Source: an uncultured Myxococcales bacterium
GTDB taxonomy: Bacteria; Myxococcota; UBA4151
Assembly (NCBI GenBank): GCA_964013405.1
Contig: CAXGWI010000018.1
Span: 1-41,087, forward strand
Direction of reading: 5' to 3'
Length of the DNA: 41,087 nucleotides
Of this stretch, positions 27,330 through 34,990 are shown one piece after another. Below the pieces are notes generated by a model, which was given only the letters and a program-made list of their open reading frames with translations, made no database searches and had not been told where the DNA came from. A program made the translations under genes and the position numbers. Position 1 is the stretch's first letter; each line of letters starts with the position of its first letter.

Positions 27330-28739
27330 GGCAGTTTCTTCTGGCTGGACGGCATCCATTGGGGCGTCATCCGGGATTGCCACATTACCTTCTGGCTCTT
27401 GAATGAGCTCCGGGCCCGCGTCGCTGGGCGGGGTCGGGGCCTGAGTCGTCGAGGTGGCCCGGGCGCTTGACGACGCCTCGGGCAAGGGAAAGAGGTCGAC
27501 CAGGTTGCGGGCAGCACACTGGGCCATCTCGTGCTCGTCTTTCAAGAGTCGCTGAGTGATCCAGGCCTGGGGCTGAAGCTCCCGGGAGGCAGCGTGGGCG
27601 AGGATACGGACGTTCACGTCGTCGTGTTCGAGTCGAGCCTCGTAGAAACCCCTGAGCTCCCAAACCGCCGAGCGGGAAAGCACCGCTGCCAAAAGGTCAG
27701 GGCGCAGCCTCGACACCTGATAGCGTTGTAACTGCCCCCGGATTCTCTGGCCGAAGAAGCCGAGGGCGATGACGAGTTGTTTCGAGGCCGGCGCAGGTTG
27801 GGTTTGGATCCAACTCAAGACCCGGGCCTGATCCTCTGGGTGTCCAAGGGCGGTCAGTCCCAGCAACGCAGCCTCGTGGAGCGGATCGTCCTTGAGGTCA
27901 GCGAGGAAGATGAGCCGCTCCCGTAAGGATGTCAGTCCCAGGATTCCGGCAAGGCGAGCGGCTGGGCCGGCCCAGGGGTTGTCCCGGGCTTCCAAATAGG
28001 AGGAGAGGACCTCCGCAGCCAAATCGCCATCGAGCTTTTGTGGGCGTAAGTCGCCAGCCTTTTGCACGATGAGTTTATCATCGATCCACGAGAGCTCCGG
28101 CTGGGGTTCAACAGCGCTGCCTTGGACGGATACCTGCAGCCGGCCGGTGAGGCCCTCAGAGAGGGGGCGACCCGTCACAACACCCAGATTGCCCAAAGCC
28201 TCCAGCAGCCTCGGCGGGATCAGGTCCAGACGAGTTTCTTTATTGAGGCCGGGCACTGAGCCCAGACCTTCCGCGACCAGCTCGTAGGGTCTTCGAACCA
28301 CCTGGGCGAGTTCTGGAAGGAGTTGAGCGCCTTGGGCTCGTGGAGCCGCACGGATCGCTTCGTCGTAGGCGAGCATGGCCTGCATAAACCGGCGGACGAT
28401 GAGTCGCCCCTCATCTCGGGCAAGTCGGTGGCTCCCGGCGACTCTAAGACAGGCTCGGCTCCGGAAGGCCTTGAGGGCCAGGAGCCGGGCCCGGAGGCGA
28501 AGCGCTTCGCTGCGAGAAAGTTGACCGCGTACCCGATCAAGAGCCCTTTTTAGGGTCTTTGTCGGCAAGGGCGTTTCGACCAAGTGCCCGTGGACTTCAC
28601 AGAAGGGTTTGAGGTCCCTGGATGGGGCTTCGCACAGTGCACTTCTCTTCGGGTAATCGAAGAGCTGGGCCGGGTTTTCCGTCGCAGGTGCTGGGTCTGT
28701 CCAACCAAAGGCGAAGCCGGCGAGAAGCAGGCTCCCCAA
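27315..28739 (-). CDS. Hypothetical exported protein with HEAT-like helical repeats
   Basis: 474-aa ORF 3 bp after the upstream gene; signal-peptide-like N-terminus; DDPLHEAALLGL and EHDDVNVRILA HEAT-like units; Pro/Thr-rich tail. Confidence 0.6.
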   Translation of the reverse strand: MGSLLLAGFAFGWTDPAPATENPAQLFDYPKRSALCEAPSRDLKPFCEVHGHLVETPLPTKTLKRALDRVRGQLSRSEALRLRARLLALKAFRSRACLRVAGSHRLARDEGRLIVRRFMQAMLAYDEAIRAAPRAQGAQLLPELAQVVRRPYELVAEGLGSVPGLNKETRLDLIPPRLLEALGNLGVVTGRPLSEGLTGRLQVSVQGSAVEPQPELSWIDDKLIVQKAGDLRPQKLDGDLAAEVLSSYLEARDNPWAGPAARLAGILGLTSLRERLIFLADLKDDPLHEAALLGLTALGHPEDQARVLSWIQTQPAPASKQLVIALGFFGQRIRGQLQRYQVSRLRPDLLAAVLSRSAVWELRGFYEARLEHDDVNVRILAHAASRELQPQAWITQRLLKDEHEMAQCAARNLVDLFPLPEASSSARATSTTQAPTPPSDAGPELIQEPEGNVAIPDDAPMDAVQPEETALPSE

Positions 28740-28742
28740 GGG

Positions 28743-29840
28743 CTATTTTGCCGGCTTGTGCTCAGGCATCCGGAGGATGCCGTAGCTCGCTTGCCCACCG
28801 TCGATCTTCATGACAGCCACCATCCCCCAGGAACTGGAACCATCATTCATCGTCCAGTGACTGGTGTCTGCGGGGCCCGGGTTGACAAGGAGCTGACCAT
28901 TCATCTGGTCAAGGGCCACCGGCTTGCCACTGAGATCCGTGCCCCGGCCACCGGCTTCCTTGATGCCGCCGACGATGGCCAACTGGGTCCCTGTCTTCTT
29001 CAGCATGGCCGTCACCCGGGGGTCACCCACATTCTTTTTGTCTTTGGCTTCCAGGCTTGGTTGACCCATGAAATCCACACCATCCGCACCGTCCTGAAGC
29101 GGCGCTTGGTGACTGACGAGGACCTTGGCGCTGCCCGGGGCTGCCTTCAGGAGCTCCGTGGTGGTTGCGATCTGCTCATCGTCAAAGAGGCAGGCGCCCG
29201 GATCGGTGTAGTTCTTCCGCCCGTAACCAGGCAGACTCACGAGACTAACGTCATTCATGGTCAGGGTTCGTACTCGGTTGCCGTTGATTAGATTGCTGTG
29301 TTTCGCGCTGACCTTGGCGGCGATCTCTTGAAACCATTCCGGGGCTTCCTTGTTCCCTGAGATCACGTACACGGGCATTTTGAAGGCCTCTGCGTAACCC
29401 ATGAGAACGGCCTCCATGTGCTCGGCGTAGTAAAAGTCACCGCCATTGATGACCACCGCCTCGACCCCTTTTTCTGAGAACCAAGCTGCATAGGCCTTGA
29501 GACGTTCGCTCCAGCCATCGTGCTTGTCCTTGAGGTCGCTGACGATTCCGATCACCAGTTTGCCGCTTTTTTCGGGGCTCGCCGCCGCAGCCAGCGTGTA
29601 GCCGTTTCCTTTGAGGGCCACGCTTCCGGCGGTGACCTCGCGGGGCTCACCGCCCTTGGGATCACCGAAGCAGCCTGGATTCGCTGGTGCCGAAGCCTCA
29701 GCTGCCGGTTGGGGGGCAGGCTCCGCGGTCTTTGCCGCAACGGGAGCAGCAGGTGAGGGTTCCGGCGCCTTCTTTTCCTGGACGCAACCAGCGGACAGAA
29801 AGGCGACAACAGTGAGGGAGGAAAGACAAGAACGGGTCAT
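28743..29840 (-). CDS. Calcineurin-like metallophosphoesterase-fold lipoprotein with non-canonical metal motifs
   Basis: AAGGAG SD, LSAG-C lipobox; motif positions read SDLK, NGGD, GNKE, SHQAP, GGIKE, plus a final VNPG. Confidence 0.75.
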   Translation of the reverse strand: MTRSCLSSLTVVAFLSAGCVQEKKAPEPSPAAPVAAKTAEPAPQPAAEASAPANPGCFGDPKGGEPREVTAGSVALKGNGYTLAAAASPEKSGKLVIGIVSDLKDKHDGWSERLKAYAAWFSEKGVEAVVINGGDFYYAEHMEAVLMGYAEAFKMPVYVISGNKEAPEWFQEIAAKVSAKHSNLINGNRVRTLTMNDVSLVSLPGYGRKNYTDPGACLFDDEQIATTTELLKAAPGSAKVLVSHQAPLQDGADGVDFMGQPSLEAKDKKNVGDPRVTAMLKKTGTQLAIVGGIKEAGGRGTDLSGKPVALDQMNGQLLVNPGPADTSHWTMNDGSSSWGMVAVMKIDGGQASYGILRMPEHKPAK

Positions 29841-30017
29841 GAGAGTTCAACTCCTTGGCGGACCTGCCGTCCGACCGACGGCGGGCCTATAGCAAAGGTC
29901 CTTCGGTCCGAAAAGCCGCCTGAGGGCGGTCTTTGGTTAGGCCTGAACGAAATGGTTTGGGCACAGGACTTGCTGGCGGGTCTATAGTAAGCTGCATAGC
30001 AGACTTTGGAGGCGAAC

Positions 30018-31058
30018 GTGTCCATTCGAGAACAGGTCGAAGCGATGGAGGCCCGCAGTCTGGGGCCGCGAGCATGCCTTTCGAGAAACAGTAAAGGGCG
30101 AAGGCAGGAGGAAGCACCGGATTTGATGCGGCCTTGCTTTCAGCGGGACCGAGACCGGGTCGTTCACAGCAAGGCATTCCGGCGAATGGCTGGCAAGACG
30201 CAGGTCTTTCTTGCACCGATTGGCGACCACTATCGGACCCGCATGACCCACAGCATCGAAGTGAGTCAGGTGGGCTGCGCAATCGCTCGGGCTCTGCACC
30301 TCAACACGATGTTGGTCGAGGCCATCGCGATGGGTCACGACCTGGGGCATACACCTTTCGGTCATGCGGGGGAGCGGACCCTGCGGCAACTGATCCCTGG
30401 GGGCTTTCATCATGCGCGGCAGACCCTTCGGATCGTCAACGAGACAGGCCGGTCGGGCCGCGGGATGAATTTATCTGAAGAGGTGATCGATGGCATTGCG
30501 AAGCACTCGAAGGGAAAAGGCAAGTTGATCACGGACAACCGAGCCACCTTGGCCCTCACCTTAGAGGGGCAAGTGATGCGATTGGCCGATATCATCGCGT
30601 ACGTGAATCACGATTTTGACGATGCGCGCCGAGCGGGGCTCTTGGCCGAAGACGACTTACCCCTCGAAGTGGCTGAGCAGTTAGGGCGCAGCCATTCGCA
30701 GCGGTTGAGCACCTTGGTGGGGGATGTCGTTCAGGCCAGCGAGGCCTGTGGTTTGGGTCGGATTCACATGTCGGAGCCTGTTGTCCAGGCATTGGAAGCC
30801 TTTCGCGACTTTCTCTACGACCGGGTTTATTTAACCGATGCCGTGACTGAAGATTTTGACCGGGCCGCGGGGATCCTGAACTTCCTGTGGGAGTATTTCA
30901 TGGCTGACGAGGCCCGGTTCGAAGCCGAGTTCGACAGTCGCTCCTCCGACGAACCCCATCATCAACGGGTGACCGATTACATCACGGGGATGACGGACCG
31001 CTTCGCTATCCGGCTCTACGAACGACTCTTTATGCCCCGGGCCTGGAGTGTCTTTTGA
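30018..31058 (+). CDS. dgt: Deoxyguanosinetriphosphate triphosphohydrolase (short HD-type dGTPase)
   Basis: FQRDRDR..HSKAFRR..KTQVF, RTRMTHS, HDLGHTPFGHAGE, ADIIAY..HD, DYITGMTD. GTG start after GGAGG. Confidence 0.95.
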   Translation: MSIREQVEAMEARSLGPRACLSRNSKGRRQEEAPDLMRPCFQRDRDRVVHSKAFRRMAGKTQVFLAPIGDHYRTRMTHSIEVSQVGCAIARALHLNTMLVEAIAMGHDLGHTPFGHAGERTLRQLIPGGFHHARQTLRIVNETGRSGRGMNLSEEVIDGIAKHSKGKGKLITDNRATLALTLEGQVMRLADIIAYVNHDFDDARRAGLLAEDDLPLEVAEQLGRSHSQRLSTLVGDVVQASEACGLGRIHMSEPVVQALEAFRDFLYDRVYLTDAVTEDFDRAAGILNFLWEYFMADEARFEAEFDSRSSDEPHHQRVTDYITGMTDRFAIRLYERLFMPRAWSVF

Positions 31059-33325
31059 GGGTACTGGCTCTCAGCATCTTTGGATTGGCGGCCTGTACGG
31101 TCACGGGCGGTATCGGCGAGCCCTGTATCGTTCACAGTGACTGTGAAACGGGCCTCCGGTGCACGGAGAGCCAATGTGATGAACCACCACCCGCTCCGCA
31201 ACCCGTTACCGACGCCGGGGCGCCGGCATCCTGTGGGGACGGCTGCCCGCCGGATCGTCGTTGTACGGGAGGGGTCTGCCTACTCGTCTGTCCCTGCGAT
31301 GCCGGCCACTACTGTGATGAATCATCGGGGGTCTGTCGTCCGGGCTGCGCCCAGGACACCGACTGTGGTGTTGGTGCTTATTGTGAGGAACAGGTCTGTC
31401 AGGAGGGTTGCCGAGAGGATAGCCATTGTGAGGCGCCAGCCACTTGTGTTGATGAAGCCTGTGTTCTGCCCCCAGATAGTTGTTTAGGGCATGGTGATTG
31501 TCGCGCACAACAGCGCTGCCGCAATGGCCGCTGCCTGGACCGAGTTGATCCCCTCGAAGGCTTTATTGTCGAGCGTCGATTCCCGGCATCGCTGACCGAG
31601 CACTCGGTGGCGCTGGCCGGTGAGGGGCCGCCGGACTTTGGCTTCGGTGCTGGTCTCTTCGATCTCGATGGTGATCGAGATTTAGATCTCTTTCTCGGGA
31701 CATCGGTGGCCGCGGCCTTTGGCAGTTCACCGGCCTGTATCTACGCCAATGAGTCGACGGAGGGCCGCTTGGCTTTCACCCCCATCGCAAACGAGTGCCG
31801 ACCCAGTCTCACCAACCGTAACTCCGCCTACGGGCTCGATCTGGAAGAGGATGGCTATCATGAACTGTTGGTGCTCGGTCGGGGCGTTGCAGAATTGCAC
31901 CGCTTCCATCCCTTTCGCTCGACAACGGACCTGATGGCACTCCTCACCGAGGGGGACGCTCGCCGGCAGTGTATGGCTGGAGCAGCCCTCTTCATGGATC
32001 TCGACCAGGACGGCCGGGGGGATCTCTTGGTGGGCTGTCAGTTGGATGAGGTGGACGGCCAAGCGGTCAGCAAATCGAACATCGCGTGGCGACAGACGGT
32101 GACTGGCGATTTCGAGCCCATCACCTCCAGCCTGCTCTTAGACGAAGAAGCATCGACTCTTGCATTGGGTGTCCTCGATCTCAATGACGATGGACTGCTC
32201 GATATCGTCTACGCCAACGATACGTTCGGCACGGGGGAGGGGACCCGGACCCTTCCCAGCGGGGAGGAGGTGCCGGACACCGATCCAGGGGCCTTTTACC
32301 TGCGTTGCGCCCCGACCGAAGACTGCGAGTATCGTCAGCACCTTTTTGGTGAGGGGCGCCTGGCCTGGGGCTTTTACATGGGGGTGGCGAACCTGTTCGT
32401 CGAGGGCGATGCGGAGCATCTGTTTTTGAGCGATTGGGGGGCGAATCGTCTCTTCGACCTTCGCCAACAACCGCCTCTGGACCGGGCCGAAGCTCTGGGT
32501 CTTGCGCTACGGGACCATGAGGGCCAGCTCCTCTACGGCTGGGCTTCTTTGGTCGATGATTTCGACCGGGACGGTCAGGATGATCTCTTTCTGACACAGG
32601 GGATGATCTATGACCCGATCGGCGAGGGCTTTAGTGCCCACCAAGATGTGGTTTTGCTGCAACGCCAAAGGGGCTTTATCTCCCTGAGCGAAGAGGCCGG
32701 CTTATCGGCCCATAACCATCAAGATTCAGGACATGCCCGCCGCCCATATTCCAGCCGAGGCGCGGCCAAGGCCGATTTGGACCATGACGGTTTCCTCGAC
32801 TTGGTGACGGTGCCGATGGAGGGCGTCATTCGCCTGCACGGGGAGGTGCCCACCACCCGGAGCGTCGCACCCCGCTGCACGCTGATTCCGAGGAGCCGGG
32901 TGCTGCCAACATTCGGTCACGGCTACGCCGTACGCTATGCGGGCGAAGCGCGCTGGCGTCGCTGGGATGTTCAAGGGCAGATTCGCTTTGGACTGAGCCC
33001 CTGGGTGTTGGTGACATCCCCCCAGGGCCACCTTCGGATGCCCAGCGGCGCAGTCCTCCCCTATGACTGTGGTGATGGGCCCGGCCCCGTTGTGGTCGAA
33101 GAGCCGGTCTGGCTTGAACTCCACCGACGGGAGGATGGCCTGTTCCTCCTCCTGACCGGCGATTGGCTGGTCGATCCCGTGGTCGAGGTCGCGATCGAAG
33201 GAACGCGTCAGGCCCACAGCATGGTCGCCAACGGCCCGGGGTTCCTGCTTGATTCAGCCCCCGAAACCGGTCGGGCCATGCTCCGAATCAACGGTCGCTG
33301 GTTGGGACGATGGATTGGGTTTTGA
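31055..33325 (+). CDS. Cys-rich repeat / FG-GAP (VCBS, CRTAC1-like) lipoprotein
   Basis: LAA-C lipobox, N-terminal Cys repeats, Ca-binding-type repeats DLDGDRDLDL, DLDQDGRGDL, DLNDDGLLDI, DFDRDGQDDL, DLDHDGFLDL; overlaps the dgt stop. Confidence 0.8.
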   Translation: MRVLALSIFGLAACTVTGGIGEPCIVHSDCETGLRCTESQCDEPPPAPQPVTDAGAPASCGDGCPPDRRCTGGVCLLVCPCDAGHYCDESSGVCRPGCAQDTDCGVGAYCEEQVCQEGCREDSHCEAPATCVDEACVLPPDSCLGHGDCRAQQRCRNGRCLDRVDPLEGFIVERRFPASLTEHSVALAGEGPPDFGFGAGLFDLDGDRDLDLFLGTSVAAAFGSSPACIYANESTEGRLAFTPIANECRPSLTNRNSAYGLDLEEDGYHELLVLGRGVAELHRFHPFRSTTDLMALLTEGDARRQCMAGAALFMDLDQDGRGDLLVGCQLDEVDGQAVSKSNIAWRQTVTGDFEPITSSLLLDEEASTLALGVLDLNDDGLLDIVYANDTFGTGEGTRTLPSGEEVPDTDPGAFYLRCAPTEDCEYRQHLFGEGRLAWGFYMGVANLFVEGDAEHLFLSDWGANRLFDLRQQPPLDRAEALGLALRDHEGQLLYGWASLVDDFDRDGQDDLFLTQGMIYDPIGEGFSAHQDVVLLQRQRGFISLSEEAGLSAHNHQDSGHARRPYSSRGAAKADLDHDGFLDLVTVPMEGVIRLHGEVPTTRSVAPRCTLIPRSRVLPTFGHGYAVRYAGEARWRRWDVQGQIRFGLSPWVLVTSPQGHLRMPSGAVLPYDCGDGPGPVVVEEPVWLELHRREDGLFLLLTGDWLVDPVVEVAIEGTRQAHSMVANGPGFLLDSAPETGRAMLRINGRWLGRWIGF

Positions 33326-33328
33326 GCT

Positions 33329-33370
33329 AAAAACGAGAGGAGGGAAGCCTCGGCCTCCCTCCCGTCTTTA
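33329..33370 (-). terminator. Intrinsic terminator (possibly bidirectional) between the convergent FG-GAP gene and rpmB
   Basis: Minus-strand stem GGAGGGAGGC-CGAG-GCTTCCCTCC followed by TCTCGTTTTT. Confidence 0.7.
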
Positions 33371-33386
33371 ACCGAAACCGAGTCGA

Positions 33387-33611
33387 TTAGATCTTGAGAC
33401 CAGCCTTTTTGGCATAGGCCAACAAGCCGATTTTATCGATCGTGCGAATGGCCCGGGTGCTTACTCGGAGTCGAACCCAGCGGTTTTGCTCCGGGATGAA
33501 AAAGCGCTTGGACTGGAGGTTCGCCTCGCGCCGACGCTTGGTTTTAATGTTCGAGTGGGAGACGCGATTACCGCTCATCCCCTTCTTTCCAGTCAATGCG
33601 CAGACAGCCAT
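33387..33611 (-). CDS. rpmB: 50S ribosomal protein L28
   Basis: [38 protein letters not shown]. Confidence 0.97.
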   Translation of the reverse strand: MAVCALTGKKGMSGNRVSHSNIKTKRRREANLQSKRFFIPEQNRWVRLRVSTRAIRTIDKIGLLAYAKKAGLKI

Positions 33612-33627
33612 GATTTCATCCTTCCTC

Positions 33628-33703
33628 TGGTGGAGTCAGGGGGAGTCGAACCCCCGACCTCTAGAGTGCGATTCTAGCGCTCTACCAACTGAGCTATGAC
33701 CCC
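33628..33703 (-). tRNA. tRNA-Ala(CGC)
   Basis: 76-nt cloverleaf GGGGTCA...TGACTCCACCA; anticodon arm CTAGA-ATCGCAC-TCTAG; G3:U70 Ala determinant; T-loop TTCGACT; encoded CCA. Confidence 0.97.
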
Positions 33704-33719
33704 ATGTGTTGGGGGGCGG

Positions 33720-33748
33720 CGATTAATGTCCTGCTAGAGCCCTGTCAA
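33720..33748 (-). promoter_or_regulatory. Probable sigma70 promoter for tRNA-Ala-rpmB
   Basis: Perfect TTGACA (33743-33748), N17, imperfect -10 TAATCG, then a GC-rich discriminator-like run before the tRNA. Confidence 0.5.
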
Positions 33749-33784
33749 GCAGATACGCCCGGTTATTGTCGGCGGGGTTACGGG

Positions 33785-34990
33785 CTAAAATCCCATCACG
33801 GGATCAAAAGTCCGTTTGGTCGGCTCCTGACCCAAGGCCATGACCCCGCCCACGAGGAGGGCTGTGCCCGCGACGCCGGCCAGGCCGTAGAGGGCTTCTT
33901 TTCGGTAGGCGGAAAGCCCTCCGCCAACTTTGGCCAGCGCTTTACTCAGACCGATTCTCGCCCAAAGGGAAGGTCCTTTTGGCGGTGTTTCCACCTTGGC
34001 ATCAGCGCTCAGGCTACGCTCGATGAGTTTCAGGAGAGTCTCACGAATCTCATGCTCTCCACCTTTCAACTCAGCATACTGCCGGCCGACAAATGCCTTC
34101 TTTTTGCCGCGCAGGCGCAAGCTGACCAACTGCAGCCGACTTCCGCGCAATTCGACCCATACCATCGCAGGCGGCGCCAGCAGGCCGGCCATGGTCTCAA
34201 GTGCTTCTTCGGACTCGTCGGGAAAGAGTCGGCTAAATGGCTTCAGGCCCGCGAGTAAGTCGTCGTAGCCAGGCCAGGGCACGGCGGCTACCGTCACCGT
34301 ATCTCCGGCCTCAGCGAGGCCACCTTGGGCCTCTAAGCCATCGGCCTCGGCTCGCCACGGGATCGCCCCGCTTGGGGGTAAGTCGCCGACCTCGCAAGGG
34401 CTCACGCAGACGGGAATGCCAGCAATACTGATCTGTAAGGGGCGCTCGGACTCAAAGCGGATCTTACCCTGGCCCGGGTCACGATGACGGTAATCGGCCA
34501 GCTTCTCCTTGGTCGGATCGTCGAGCGCGACAGCCTCGATTTCGAGTTTACTGTCGAGGGCCAGAACCCGTTGCAGTTTCAGGTCGCCGTCGCTGTTGCC
34601 ATTTTCCGACAGCCGCAGGCCGAATTCAGCCTCCACCTGCAGCCAAAGCCTGGTGCCCACACGGCTCGCGAGAGCTTTCCCGGCGAGATCGAGACTCTCT
34701 TGGTAGAGTTCCAGGGCTTTCTCGATCTCTAGCTCTTCGTATTTGGCTCGAGCTTGAGCGAACTTCTGCGCCCCGGCCTTACGGTCTTTGGTGTAGGGGG
34801 CCGGTTTGCCCCGCAGCGTGCGAGCGATGTGGAGTTGGCGAAAGGTCCGTGAAGGGTTTTCTCGGATCAATCGCCGCAGCTCCGTTTCCAGGCGGACGGC
34901 TTGCCGCTGATCTTCATTTCGCTCACCACTGACGACCAACACTGCCTTGGGTGCGGCCATGAGGCTGAGGCTGAGAACGATCGCTTCCAT
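33785..34990 (-). CDS. Exported protein with a TPR-like helical region, a PEGA-like domain and a C-terminal TM helix
   Basis: Hydrophobic N-terminus; GKIRFESE..ISIAGIPVCVSPCEV.DL resembles PEGA; hydrophobic C-terminal segment. Confidence 0.65.
   Translation of the reverse strand: MEAIVLSLSLMAAPKAVLVVSGERNEDQRQAVRLETELRRLIRENPSRTFRQLHIARTLRGKPAPYTKDRKAGAQKFAQARAKYEELEIEKALELYQESLDLAGKALASRVGTRLWLQVEAEFGLRLSENGNSDGDLKLQRVLALDSKLEIEAVALDDPTKEKLADYRHRDPGQGKIRFESERPLQISIAGIPVCVSPCEVGDLPPSGAIPWRAEADGLEAQGGLAEAGDTVTVAAVPWPGYDDLLAGLKPFSRLFPDESEEALETMAGLLAPPAMVWVELRGSRLQLVSLRLRGKKKAFVGRQYAELKGGEHEIRETLLKLIERSLSADAKVETPPKGPSLWARIGLSKALAKVGGGLSAYRKEALYGLAGVAGTALLVGGVMALGQEPTKRTFDPVMGF

Noticed and set aside
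30018..31058. dGTPase as an anti-phage nucleotide-depletion system
   Set aside because: It looks like the short housekeeping Dgt type and has no defence-island context.
33628..33703. tRNA as an integration site for an island or prophage
   Set aside because: No integrase, no duplicated tRNA 3' end seen, and the flanks are core genes.
33704..34258. 184-aa plus-strand ORF next to the tRNA
   Set aside because: It overlaps the tRNA promoter and lies antisense to the PEGA-like gene; no motifs.
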